Virus record (IMG/VR): IMGVR_UViG_3300012685_000001
Location: 1 to 64,000 of that record
Reading direction: 5' to 3' (one strand)
DNA from: a virus
Length of the DNA stretch: 64,000 nucleotides
A program made the translations under genes and the position numbers. Every line of letters starts with the position of its first letter. Positions within the stretch are counted from its first letter, which is position 1. Positions 19,721 through 29,905 of this stretch are shown in pieces. Under the pieces are notes generated by a model. The model saw only the letters and a list, made by a program, of their open reading frames with translations, was not told where the DNA came from and searched no databases.

Positions 19721-21628
19721 TTAGCTGGAAGTGGTTGAAGAAGCGGCCATCTGGTTAATGTCAATGACAATGAACTCAGCAGGACTATTCAGTGCCAATC
19801 CAACTTGAACATGCACTTCACCAGATGCGATTGATGTAGGAGTATTATTTCCAGAGTCACACTGGACAAAGTAAGCAGCGTCTGCTGTATCTCCCTGTAG
19901 AACTCCTGTCTGCCAAATTCCCTGCAAGTATTGAGTTACGATGGCACTCAATGTTGCCCATAGATTGGCATTATTATTCTCAAACAGAGCGAACTGTGTA
20001 AGCTGCTCTAGTGTCTGAGTAATATTCATCAGCGTGCGCTGAATAGAAACATAACGGTTAGGCATGTTAGGAAGAAGTGTTCTTGCACCCATTACACAGA
20101 ATCCATAGCTGGAAACATTACGAATAATATTTACAGCATTTGAATTCAAGGTATCAAGATTACTGTTCTGGAATGCCAGTTCCACTCCAGCTACTCTTTG
20201 AACTGGAATAGTTACACCAGCAGGAGATTTCTGTACTCCGTACTGAGCGTCAGTCTGTGAGTACAAGCCTAGAACTGCTCCGCCAGGAGGAAGCTTTCTC
20301 GTAGCTCCTGGTGTAGACGAAACAGGATCTGGAATTTCTAACCATGGTGCGTAAACAGAAACTGTTGCTGAAGGAGTAATCTCAGAATTTCCTACCACCA
20401 TAGCCAGATAATTATTAACAGTAGCGGACTCAGAAGGAGTAACACCATCACTTCCCAGGATAGCCTGAGGAGCATCAATTACTACAAAGATATTTTCCTT
20501 TGTCTCTGTCCAGTTAAGAATAGGATTAAGAGTAGCTGTATCAGAAATACCTGGCAGATTCAAATCAAGATTTCCATCAGTAGTAGAAAGTCTTTGTGTA
20601 GCTGTAAGAAGACTTGGAGTAGCCACTCCATCAGAACCTGAAGCAAGAGCTGTTGCACTTTGTAGACGAGGAGTTATATCTGTTGTCCAAGTAGTATAAG
20701 CTCCCAAATCGGTAGCCTGAATATACTTGGAACCCAGCAATGTGGAATTAAGCATGGCTACAGCATAACGAGCATCTGTACGATTCATAGTAACGTCAAG
20801 GAATCTCTCAACAATATTTGAATCAGATGTTCCACCATAACGAACAATAATATTAAATCTGCCTGCTCCTGTTGTGCTATTTGTAATATCTACATAGATA
20901 CTATTTCCCCAAACTCCAACGGACACACATGCAAGCTTGAGAATAGGAACTGCTGTACCTGTGTTATTGAATGTAGGAATTGCTCCAGCTGGAGTAAAGG
21001 AACCATCATCAGTGAAAGTAACTGTTGTACGACCAGAAACAGCACCAAGTAGCAATGGTGTAGAAGTTACCCCACCAAGTGTCAAGTTTCTACGATAGAT
21101 CTTATAACCAGTAGTAGCTACAGGAACATTGGCAGTCCAAGTAAGAACTACATCATTTGTTGGAGTAAGTGTCTGATTGGCTACAGCAGTAACAGGTGTT
21201 CCACCATCTGTCTCACCAGTAGATGTGGTAGCTGTAATTGTGTATTCATAAGTATAAGAAGGAGTAACAGTTCCACCCGGTGCTGCTGCAACACCTACAG
21301 GAGGCTGAATAGCACCAACACCATCTTCTCGGTCATTAAGAGTAGAAGTTGCTGTAATAGCATCCGTAGCTGAGGCACGGACTACATAACACTGGTTTCC
21401 GTTATTGGCGAAGTACTGCCATACAGCAAAGGGAAGATAGCTAGAGGCATTTCCGAATCCTCCGAAAAGATTAAGGAAGTCACTCCAACTCTGAATAAGA
21501 GTCGGCTGTGTGGGACCCTGAGTATGTACACCTATAAAGGCAGCTGTTGACTGTCCAGGAGAGGTAGTTCCTGTAGACAGCGGAGTAAGTGAGGTATTTA
21601 CGTATACCCCTGGACGTTGATAAGTCAT
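19721..21628 (-). CDS. Tail sheath protein
   Basis: Y.RPGVY, TAAFIG, YF.NGG..CYVVR, KSPAG, GARTL..RY, FE.N...LW, P.EFI. Confidence 0.95.
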   Translation of the reverse strand: MTYQRPGVYVNTSLTPLSTGTTSPGQSTAAFIGVHTQGPTQPTLIQSWSDFLNLFGGFGNASSYLPFAVWQYFANNGNQCYVVRASATDAITATSTLNDREDGVGAIQPPVGVAAAPGGTVTPSYTYEYTITATTSTGETDGGTPVTAVANQTLTPTNDVVLTWTANVPVATTGYKIYRRNLTLGGVTSTPLLLGAVSGRTTVTFTDDGSFTPAGAIPTFNNTGTAVPILKLACVSVGVWGNSIYVDITNSTTGAGRFNIIVRYGGTSDSNIVERFLDVTMNRTDARYAVAMLNSTLLGSKYIQATDLGAYTTWTTDITPRLQSATALASGSDGVATPSLLTATQRLSTTDGNLDLNLPGISDTATLNPILNWTETKENIFVVIDAPQAILGSDGVTPSESATVNNYLAMVVGNSEITPSATVSVYAPWLEIPDPVSSTPGATRKLPPGGAVLGLYSQTDAQYGVQKSPAGVTIPVQRVAGVELAFQNSNLDTLNSNAVNIIRNVSSYGFCVMGARTLLPNMPNRYVSIQRTLMNITQTLEQLTQFALFENNNANLWATLSAIVTQYLQGIWQTGVLQGDTADAAYFVQCDSGNNTPTSIASGEVHVQVGLALNSPAEFIVIDINQMAASSTTSS

Positions 21629-21676
21629 TAATATCTCCTAGCTAATTTAAAGTAATGGCTACTATCAGTATATCGA

Positions 21677-22297
21677 TTAGAGTTGTGGCGGAAAAATAGT
21701 GATAGTATCCACAACTTGTGTAACCTTAGAGTAGGCTTCAATCTCAATAGGAAGAAGTTCAGTAGAAACTCGCACAGTGTAAGCAGTATGGAAGATTCTC
21801 TTACCATCAGCATCATGTGTATTAAGTCTTTCAGGACCAGCCATCAAATCAAGACGACGTACCGTTCCATCTTCTTCAATAGCCAGATAACCATGCCGAG
21901 TACTTAAATAATCAGGCCCTGATAGCACAGCAGTCAAGAAAGTTGAATGCTGATTATTTCTGGACAATACTTCTATTTGATAATCAATATTATACGGTAT
22001 AGGCGTAAAAGCCCAGTAAGGTGAATTAGTTACATCGTTATTCTCGTCTGTTATCCAATCAGAGAAATTTTCTGGAGTGTATGGAAGCTGAGCCCACCCT
22101 GAATGGGCTCTTTCTGCATCAAATGAAATTCCAGTATTGGCTATGACAACAGATGGATATGTAAGGTTGGTAAGTTCTACATCTGAATCCAGCCAGATGA
22201 CTTGTACTGGTCTCCCTGTATCAGGGGCATTGACATCAGTAACAACTAAGTTGGAGAACTTAGTTTTCATAGCCTTGTCTTCATTGAACAGCCACAT
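21677..22297 (-). CDS. Tail completion/terminator protein
   Basis: Upstream of sheath; P.PYNIDYQI motif like T4 gp15-type proteins. Confidence 0.65.
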   Translation of the reverse strand: MWLFNEDKAMKTKFSNLVVTDVNAPDTGRPVQVIWLDSDVELTNLTYPSVVIANTGISFDAERAHSGWAQLPYTPENFSDWITDENNDVTNSPYWAFTPIPYNIDYQIEVLSRNNQHSTFLTAVLSGPDYLSTRHGYLAIEEDGTVRRLDLMAGPERLNTHDADGKRIFHTAYTVRVSTELLPIEIEAYSKVTQVVDTITIFPPQL

Positions 22298-22306
22298 AAG
22301 TTCTCC

Positions 22307-24217
22307 TTAGATGAGATCTTGAATAATCCAGTTATAAACTGAGGTATCGCCAGTAGAAGACTTAATTTGAAATGACGTACCAGCAGTAACGGCAGACATA
22401 TACGGAGCCTGGGTAGCTGCTGTACCCGCAGCAGTTTTAAGTCCAAAAATAACTACACTGTTGGCTGTAATAGCAGTAGTAGTAATTGTTACAGCAGTAG
22501 TACTATTAGCAGTCACAGTTCCAGCTTTAGCGTTAGTTCCACTGGTAGTCTTAAAACCCTTACCAGCTAACGTGACCGCAATATCAGAATCAGATGAACC
22601 GATCTGAGCTACGCCTGTTCGTCCCCATGTAGTATCTCTGGCAGAAGTTCCGATACCAAATTGCTGGGTACCAGTACCAAGAAGACGGAACCTGTCATTG
22701 GCATCGGCGCCATTGACGTTCGTTGCCAGCACGTTGTTACCAGAAGCTGATGGTTGCAGTGAGACACGCCCGGCGCCCTGGAAACTGTGGTTAATATTTC
22801 CGTATGTTTCATAGGCTGTGGAATCTACGTGACTCATAATTTGTGGAAAAGCGGTCAACCAGTTAGCTGAGCTATTACCAGTTCCCTGGAAGTCTGCATC
22901 GAGAACACGTACATTCTGGGCAGCAGTCACATTGATAGAGAACTGAACTCCAATTGTTCCGCTGGATACGATTGGAGAAGAGAAGCGACAGAAGGTAACA
23001 AATCCAGTAGAAGTACCAGACCAATTCAAATCATAGATAGTTCCTGTTGCAGCCTGCCCATTAAGTGAGAAGAACAGACGATCAAGATTAATACCCGCGC
23101 CAGTTCCAGTAACTGATACACCATGAGTCTGGTTATTAATAATACGCATAGTGCTAACTCGTACTTGAGTTGCTGCGCCAGAAATAAGCAGACCAACATT
23201 ACCTTGCTGGATAACTCCACCAGTGATCTGAACATTCTGTGGAGAACCATTAGGCCCATCTTCAAGAACTACGTTAGTTCCTGTCTGTGGACCCAGAGCA
23301 TCAAGATTTTGAATGAATGCGGCAGCACAATCTCCCTTTATACGAAAAGCTGCGCCAGTTCCACCCAGAGTTGCTTGCATCCAAGCAAAACAGTTTTGTA
23401 CCAGGACATCCCAAGAATCCTCAATGTGAATGCCATCAAGGTTTGCATTAGCTCCACTGTTAACTCCTAGAAAGCGCGTGAACACATTGGAGAGCATAAA
23501 ATTAGCTGCGGTATTAGTACTGTCTGAGAATATATAGATTCCACCAGCACAACTTTGAATCTTTGTGTTGTGAACCATTCCACCATGAAGTGTCTGGCTT
23601 GCTGTGCCTATAGCACGAATAGCATAACCGTTAATATTCAAGAAGACAGTGTTGAATACCTTGAAGGACTGAACACCAGTAGCAGTGACACCATGAGCAG
23701 CTGGATTGGTTGTAGTTGTTGTACTAGCTCCGTGAATACTGATATCACGAATAGTTCCGCTATTACCTGTAACACTGAACAAACTGGTACCTGTAAAGCT
23801 GGCTCCGATAACAATTCTAGTACTGTCAGTTCCTGACCCTTGAATAGTTACCCCAGCACCACTGAGAGTAAAACCAGTTCCACTGTTGATTAAATACTGT
23901 CCAGGTGGAAAATAAATAATTCCACCCGCAGCATTAGCAGCAGTAGCAGCACTAGCTACAGCAGTAGCATCATTGGTTACATTATTTCCGGCAGCACCAT
24001 AATCTTTTACATTGAACTGGTTTACACCTTTAGCATAGCCTGCACTAATACCTAAATTACTAACAGCCAAGGGTTTATTCGGCAGATCAGAAAGATTATT
24101 AGCTGCCTGAAGACCATTATTTGAGGAAGTAGTAATAGCTGCATCAAGCGCTGCAAAAGCATTATTAACAGGAACATCCCAGTTCTCAGTACCCCTTGGA
24201 ATGGGTGTAAATGTCAT
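22307..24217 (-). CDS. Virion appendage with right-handed beta-helix (pectate lyase 3-like depolymerase)
   Basis: FNVKDYGA.G..VTND..A..IIYFP.G.Y motif followed by beta-helix repeats. Confidence 0.8.
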   Translation of the reverse strand: MTFTPIPRGTENWDVPVNNAFAALDAAITTSSNNGLQAANNLSDLPNKPLAVSNLGISAGYAKGVNQFNVKDYGAAGNNVTNDATAVASAATAANAAGGIIYFPPGQYLINSGTGFTLSGAGVTIQGSGTDSTRIVIGASFTGTSLFSVTGNSGTIRDISIHGASTTTTTNPAAHGVTATGVQSFKVFNTVFLNINGYAIRAIGTASQTLHGGMVHNTKIQSCAGGIYIFSDSTNTAANFMLSNVFTRFLGVNSGANANLDGIHIEDSWDVLVQNCFAWMQATLGGTGAAFRIKGDCAAAFIQNLDALGPQTGTNVVLEDGPNGSPQNVQITGGVIQQGNVGLLISGAATQVRVSTMRIINNQTHGVSVTGTGAGINLDRLFFSLNGQAATGTIYDLNWSGTSTGFVTFCRFSSPIVSSGTIGVQFSINVTAAQNVRVLDADFQGTGNSSANWLTAFPQIMSHVDSTAYETYGNINHSFQGAGRVSLQPSASGNNVLATNVNGADANDRFRLLGTGTQQFGIGTSARDTTWGRTGVAQIGSSDSDIAVTLAGKGFKTTSGTNAKAGTVTANSTTAVTITTTAITANSVVIFGLKTAAGTAATQAPYMSAVTAGTSFQIKSSTGDTSVYNWIIQDLI

Positions 24218-24235
24218 ATGTGATCCTTAAGTTGA

Positions 24236-26257
24236 TTAATTCTTAGTGTACCAATTCCAGGCGGAAGAAACTCTTGCAGGATAAACAGTAACTGAAGATC
24301 CTTGAGAAGACAAAGTATAAGTAGTTGCTGGTACCCCAGTTCCTTGTATTGTTTCACTGTTCACGGTATGAAGAACTACAGTATTAGCACTGGAGTCTGT
24401 TTTCTTAATTGTATAGGTATTAGGTGTCCACGCGGCACTGATCAATGTTATTGAGATACTTCCAGACGTAGCATTCACAAGAATAGTGTCATCCACTACT
24501 GATACTGAATAATTTGAAGATACCTGAGTTACTGGGTAAGCTTTCTGACCATCAATGATCTTCAAACCAGTGGGAGCAGTAACACTAATATTGGCTGCTG
24601 TATAAAGACCAGTAAGAGTAATACTACCCAAGGCTGCATTAAGTGCTACACCTGAATTCCGATCAGTAAAAGTAGGTGCTCCAGATTCTGTATCCAGTTG
24701 ATCAATATTGATAAATGGTCCTGTACCCGCTGATCCCGCACCAACAATATTGATAACATTAGAGCAAGCTTCAATGGATATCTGGTTCACCCATATAGCA
24801 TGAGTAGCTCCTACAGAACTGTAGTAAACACCTACAGGACAAAAACCAGACCAACAATAAAGGATTCGCATGTTGTCTACAGTTGTGTGTTCCGTAGCAA
24901 AGAATCCAAAAGTAAAGCCCCCATGGCAAGTAACATTGCTAATAGCACAGTTATCGTTATTTCCATTGGCTGGCATTAACCAACCGATAGAAAGACCATT
25001 GGCAAAACTATTAGGGCTGGTAAAGTCATTGTGCGGAACAGTCCCAGTAGTACCATAAGCAAAATCAAACAAATTACAGTTGGACATTCCTGACATGTCA
25101 CCAGCACTATAACTAAGTCCGAAAGAACTATAGGTAGTAAGGATAGACATATCCTTAAAGGTCACACCCATATTACTGAAAATTCCTGGTGCAACCCCGT
25201 AACCTCCTGGCTGAGAAGGGCCACCAATTACACAAGCATTTCCATTAGTATTTATACTAGTTGTCTGAGCCCCAGAGGAAGCAAACACTCCAAAGGAAAC
25301 CCATGTACTTCCAGAAAATTGTGGATAAAGTTGTTCCCAATGTTGAAGTAGCGAACCATTGGATATACCTAGGAAAGTAAGACCACTCTTGTTTCCTGTC
25401 GTTACTACTGGTGGAATATACAGCTGAGAATTACCTAAATGTGCTGTATTAAGGCTTCCGGCAATTCCATAATAAAGACCTGAACCAGCTGGAGTAAACA
25501 CTGTGGCAGCACCATGAAGAGCAGCATAAGAAACAGCTGCATTGATAGCACTCTGAATAGGCGTAGTGTCATTTGTAGCCCACAAAACCATGGCATTAGT
25601 AACAGTCGTTGTAGCTGTCGTACTGATAGTTACTTGTCCTGCATTGGTATAAGTAGTAATAGTACCGATAAGGGAAGTTACTCCAGTAGCCGCAGCTCCT
25701 TTAATCATTACGTATTTACCTACATCACCAGAAGTAAAACGATTGGATGCAGAAGTAAGTATCGATTGTCCTGATGTAATAGCTCCGTCCAGGACAATCT
25801 GTCCGTCTCCTACCGCTCCATAAGTAGCTACATTGAATACATCAGTTCTTTTAGCTGTATAAGCATTATTGGCTCTTGTAACTTCAGAAGATAGCTGTGT
25901 GTCCGTATAAGCCTCTGCATTTACTTGTGCGGTATTCGCTGCCCCTGCTGTGTCAAAGGCGCTTACAGAGGCTTGTGCAGCCGTTCCCAGACCTAAATTA
26001 GAACGGGCTGTAACTGTGTCCTGTAAATCAGAAAGATTATTGGCAGCCAATAAAGAACCAGCACCAGAAGGAGATGCCCAATCAGCAGTAGTCGTACCAG
26101 TAGCTGTAAGAACTTTTCCAGTCGAAGGGGTTCCACTTACAATTACGCCGTTGATTTGGTCAGCACCAGCAAGTATTTCAGTCTCTAATTCCTGGAGCGC
26201 GGTATTAAGTGTCACGTCCCAATCTGGTTGTCCCTTTGCGGGAAGTACTAAAGCCAT
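24236..26257 (-). CDS. Second beta-helix virion appendage protein
   Basis: FNVATYGAVGDG..DT.PIQSAIN..VF.PAG..Y motif; shares N-terminal motifs with 22307-24217. Confidence 0.75.
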   Translation of the reverse strand: MALVLPAKGQPDWDVTLNTALQELETEILAGADQINGVIVSGTPSTGKVLTATGTTTADWASPSGAGSLLAANNLSDLQDTVTARSNLGLGTAAQASVSAFDTAGAANTAQVNAEAYTDTQLSSEVTRANNAYTAKRTDVFNVATYGAVGDGQIVLDGAITSGQSILTSASNRFTSGDVGKYVMIKGAAATGVTSLIGTITTYTNAGQVTISTTATTTVTNAMVLWATNDTTPIQSAINAAVSYAALHGAATVFTPAGSGLYYGIAGSLNTAHLGNSQLYIPPVVTTGNKSGLTFLGISNGSLLQHWEQLYPQFSGSTWVSFGVFASSGAQTTSINTNGNACVIGGPSQPGGYGVAPGIFSNMGVTFKDMSILTTYSSFGLSYSAGDMSGMSNCNLFDFAYGTTGTVPHNDFTSPNSFANGLSIGWLMPANGNNDNCAISNVTCHGGFTFGFFATEHTTVDNMRILYCWSGFCPVGVYYSSVGATHAIWVNQISIEACSNVINIVGAGSAGTGPFINIDQLDTESGAPTFTDRNSGVALNAALGSITLTGLYTAANISVTAPTGLKIIDGQKAYPVTQVSSNYSVSVVDDTILVNATSGSISITLISAAWTPNTYTIKKTDSSANTVVLHTVNSETIQGTGVPATTYTLSSQGSSVTVYPARVSSAWNWYTKN

Positions 26258-26260
26258 TGT

Positions 26261-27007
26261 CTATCCTCCATAGGGACCATCACCATAAAGTCCTTCTCCA
26301 TATCCTGTGATGTTTGGAACTACATATGCAGGAGAACGCAGAGAAGGTGTTACTTGATTGACCATCTTGGTCATATTGTTATTCTGATTACCAGTGTAGC
26401 CAAGAGGGAATACTCCACGGCCACTATTATAAGGATCATATTTCGCATCTGGAATACTCAGTCTATTAGAGAATTGAGTATCGTTAGGTGTTGCATATTG
26501 TGCAAACTGAATGTCATTGACCAGTTCATCAGGCTTTACTTGAGTAGCATCAATAGCCACAATAATATCGCGCTTCTGAATCTGACCAAGTATCTGCACA
26601 CTCGTTACCCTGAACACCTTAGTATCATATACAAATCTGTCCTTGAGATAGTTCTGAGTATTCAGATCCATCTTGTTCAGGCCAGTTCTTTTCAATTGAT
26701 CAAAAGATAGTGTTACATGTGCTCGATCATTATAGTAAAAACCATTGACCGTATTATCGTTTTCGCCTTCAACATGGATAACATGAAGAGCTGGAATAAT
26801 ATTGGGACCAAAATAAACTCTTCCCAATGTTCCAGCAGCTTCTCCATAAGTAGGATCTACAGTCGATTGGTCATAAGCAAATCTGAAGTAATTGACTTCA
26901 TCTCCAGTCCATCTTTGCCAATCACGAAGACCCTTATAGATTTCTGATGTTTCCCAGTCTACGGAGAAACGGCCACCTTTCCAGCCAATTCTTCCCATTC
27001 GAAACAT
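26261..27007 (-). CDS. Neck / head closure protein
   Basis: Position after adaptor; DP.YGE, LKDRFVY...VFRV. Confidence 0.6.
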   Translation of the reverse strand: MFRMGRIGWKGGRFSVDWETSEIYKGLRDWQRWTGDEVNYFRFAYDQSTVDPTYGEAAGTLGRVYFGPNIIPALHVIHVEGENDNTVNGFYYNDRAHVTLSFDQLKRTGLNKMDLNTQNYLKDRFVYDTKVFRVTSVQILGQIQKRDIIVAIDATQVKPDELVNDIQFAQYATPNDTQFSNRLSIPDAKYDPYNSGRGVFPLGYTGNQNNNMTKMVNQVTPSLRSPAYVVPNITGYGEGLYGDGPYGG

Positions 27008-27033
27008 CCTTTTCTATAAGGGTCTTCATTAAT

Positions 27034-27858
27034 TTACAAGCCCCACATACCACCGAAAATAGGGCTCTGAAGGTTAGACTCATCTTCATCTCTAGAATCA
27101 ATAGAGGGAAGCTGACGACGAGGAACGTCATAATCGTCATACTCTCTATCCTCAAAGATAGGTACAAGACGGTTGGTAGTCTTGGACACTCTTCTGATCT
27201 TGGACATTTCAATACGATTAAGACCAATATTAAGCATGGCACAAAGCTGATTATACCTAGCAGTCATACCGTCAATCTGCTCACGTAGCTGTTGGTAACG
27301 TTGACTACGCGGAACAGTAGTTCCATCGGCACTTGAGATATCAATATCAGTACTGGCATCTGTAGCCAAAGCCCATAGAGCATCTACAGTTGCACGTAAT
27401 GCAACCAGTGTGCCCTCAATTTCTGGCAGATTGGAAAGATCCATGGGAACAGTTACATACTTGATAAAACCATTTGAGTCTTTAAATCGTGTCTTAGCTG
27501 TTCTGCCATTAGTGTGCTGAATAACTGCGTCATTGATAAACGCACCTAATTCTTCGTCCGAGAACATTCCTCCAGCTTGACCAGAGATAACCAGTGTATC
27601 TCCTTGTGGAAGAGGTGAAGAAGTTCCTGTAAGAAAGATACGACCTTCTTGATAATTCATTGTGTAATCAGTACCCTTGACCAAAATCACTGGCGATTGA
27701 TTTCTGATCCATGTCACTGTCTCATTCCAGATATTAAAATCTGTAAGATCATAAGTAGACAGCATTCCCGTACCGAGAAAGGTATCCGAGAAAGGTGCGC
27801 CAGTATCTCCTAGCTCAATACGGACTCTGTTAATAATGTCCTGTGTTGTAAAAGCCAT
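27034..27858 (-). CDS. Head-to-tail adaptor
   Basis: I.RVR.ELGD..FSDEEL..FI motif; synteny. Confidence 0.7.
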   Translation of the reverse strand: MAFTTQDIINRVRIELGDTGAPFSDTFLGTGMLSTYDLTDFNIWNETVTWIRNQSPVILVKGTDYTMNYQEGRIFLTGTSSPLPQGDTLVISGQAGGMFSDEELGAFINDAVIQHTNGRTAKTRFKDSNGFIKYVTVPMDLSNLPEIEGTLVALRATVDALWALATDASTDIDISSADGTTVPRSQRYQQLREQIDGMTARYNQLCAMLNIGLNRIEMSKIRRVSKTTNRLVPIFEDREYDDYDVPRRQLPSIDSRDEDESNLQSPIFGGMWGL

Positions 27859-27864
27859 GAATAC

Positions 27865-28317
27865 CTACTGTTGTGTGATAGTGATATTGGCAATCGGAAT
27901 AGTGATGGACTGGTTCTGTGGAGCCGTAATAGGATTATCCCACTGCCATACACAGATGACTTCTCCTGTTGTACCTGAAGCCACATTTACTAAAGCTCCA
28001 TAAGTCACTGGTGTACCCGAACCTGCCGCAGCAGTAAAAGGCCCAAAGGTGATAAGGGCACTGTTCTGAATCTGACTTGTACCATTTGATGGAGACGTAG
28101 AAGAAGTAAAGGCACAAGCCTGTCGTGAATAACCTGTAGCAGCTAATTCAGTCAGCTCAGATAATTGAGGATCAGTTGGTATAGCTGACGTGGTACTTGG
28201 ATCTACTGTAAGCAGAGCAATATATGAAGTAGTTGGCGGAGTCCAACCACCCAGTGACGTACCAGTTACCCAATTGAGAAAAGCACGGTCTGTCGTATCA
28301 GTGAAATTACCTGACAT
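27865..28317 (-). CDS. Putative virion structural protein
   Basis: YIALLT.DP..E....GYSRQ..F..N...ITF pattern common in virion proteins. Confidence 0.6.
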   Translation of the reverse strand: MSGNFTDTTDRAFLNWVTGTSLGGWTPPTTSYIALLTVDPSTTSAIPTDPQLSELTELAATGYSRQACAFTSSTSPSNGTSQIQNSALITFGPFTAAAGSGTPVTYGALVNVASGTTGEVICVWQWDNPITAPQNQSITIPIANITITQQ

Positions 28318-28331
28318 ATTTTAATTCTCCC

Positions 28332-28709
28332 TTAGCGGTAACCGCCCTCCCAAAGAAGGCCCTTACTTGATAGATGACGTGCTAATTCTACAGGAACTAC
28401 ATACTTGCGTCCCTCTTCAAAATCATAGTGCTTTCCAGCACCGAAAGTAACTTGTTCCAAAGTTACCAATGGAATAATAGTGCGAGTAGGGGTCTCAAGT
28501 TCGATGTCCTTACTTACTTCCAAGTCATCAACTACTACTGAAGTAGCAGGACCGCTGGAATAATCAACAGGAACGTCATTGATTTCATTCTGTACTTCTG
28601 CCATCATGGCAATTTCTTTAGCACGTTCTTTCAGTTCAGCTTGATTTTCCCTCTGAAGCTGCTCAGTTGTAATACCGGTCAAATCTCCGGGACGCTTACG
28701 TGGTGGCAT
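28332..28709 (-). CDS. Hypothetical protein downstream of capsid gene
   Basis: ORF with GGAG RBS. Confidence 0.7.
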   Translation of the reverse strand: MPPRKRPGDLTGITTEQLQRENQAELKERAKEIAMMAEVQNEINDVPVDYSSGPATSVVVDDLEVSKDIELETPTRTIIPLVTLEQVTFGAGKHYDFEEGRKYVVPVELARHLSSKGLLWEGGYR

Positions 28710-28753
28710 TTAATTCTCCAAATTTAGTAGCTCATGTATTAGTTAAATTATAT

Positions 28754-28787
28754 AAGAAAACCCTGCCCATAACAGGCAGGGCTTCCT
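28754..28787 (-). terminator. Rho-independent terminator after major capsid gene
   Basis: Minus strand GCCCTGCC-TGTTATG-GGCAGGGT followed by TTTCTT. Confidence 0.7.
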
Positions 28788-28809
28788 ATGATCTGAAACT
28801 CTTTAATAA

Positions 28810-29847
28810 TTAGTTAGTACTTGCAATTACAACAGAGATGTCAGTGATAAGACCTAGACCCCAAATAGCGTACCACGCTAATGCATGTTCTCTTCCAAAA
28901 TCGAGAATTCCGCCATCGCGTAATTCAACAGGAAGTGAAATAGCATGTCCGAATGCATTGTCTCCAATGAAGATGGAATCATAACGGTTAGCTGCACCGT
29001 TACCAGTTGTAACACCACCAGTAGTTGTGTCAGTTGTCCAACCAGTTCCAGCTCCACCTACAACGTTACGTACCTGAGTTGTCTCGATAAATACGACATC
29101 GTTCAAACGTCCGATTTCTCCCAGCATAAAGTTACCTGGGGCTGCATACTTAGTCATCTCGATGAACTGAGGGTCGTTACGTAGCCAACGGCTCTGGTGA
29201 GGATGGACAAAACAGACATATGTCTCGCCTAAGCGGGGGACGTTTTTTGTCGCAAGTGTCTCGACTGCGTCATATACAGTCTGAGACGTCAGGTTGAAAT
29301 CACCTGTCATAGTGGCATTGGAGCTTCCAGGAGTTCCTACGTTGTAGTAAACCTGATTGTTAATTGCGCCAGTGTCCTTCTGGTATCCGAAGATCTGTGA
29401 AGAAGCCTGAAGCAAAGTGTTACGAGCACTTACGTCAAGGTAAGTAGCCATGTTACGGCCTAGAAGACGAGAAGCAGATGCCATTACGTCATCGAAGGAT
29501 GCGTTCAATAGAAGCTCAGAAACAGCTACAGCAAATCCCTGCTCAGCAACAGTGATACTGAACTGAGAAGCTGTAAGTGGAGCTGTCTGCATACGAATAC
29601 CTTCAACAAGCTGAGAAGCATTGCCTAGGTTGTTGTAACGCATAAAGTTAATAGTAAGACCTGGTGTAACTCCAAGTTCTGTCTTCTTAACTGCGAATTG
29701 CTCGAAGCGAAGAATAGGCATTGCTTGGAATAGAATTTCCTTTGACCAAATCGTTTGAATAGCTGGAGAAAGTGCAGAACTTCCACCAGGATAAGCTGTT
29801 GGAGCACCAGAGATATTCGGTGTGCCCGTAATTGCTGAACCAGCCAT
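28810..29847 (-). CDS. Major capsid protein (HK97 fold, N4-gp56-like family)
   Basis: G.TINF.RY..L..L.EG, YV.FVHP, GEIG....V.FIET motifs; follows scaffold. Confidence 0.92.
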   Translation of the reverse strand: MAGSAITGTPNISGAPTAYPGGSSALSPAIQTIWSKEILFQAMPILRFEQFAVKKTELGVTPGLTINFMRYNNLGNASQLVEGIRMQTAPLTASQFSITVAEQGFAVAVSELLLNASFDDVMASASRLLGRNMATYLDVSARNTLLQASSQIFGYQKDTGAINNQVYYNVGTPGSSNATMTGDFNLTSQTVYDAVETLATKNVPRLGETYVCFVHPHQSRWLRNDPQFIEMTKYAAPGNFMLGEIGRLNDVVFIETTQVRNVVGGAGTGWTTDTTTGGVTTGNGAANRYDSIFIGDNAFGHAISLPVELRDGGILDFGREHALAWYAIWGLGLITDISVVIASTN

Positions 29848-29905
29848 ATTTAGTCCTTATCGATTATATGGGTTCGGGCACTAGCCGTACCCAGTGTGTT
29901 TAAGA

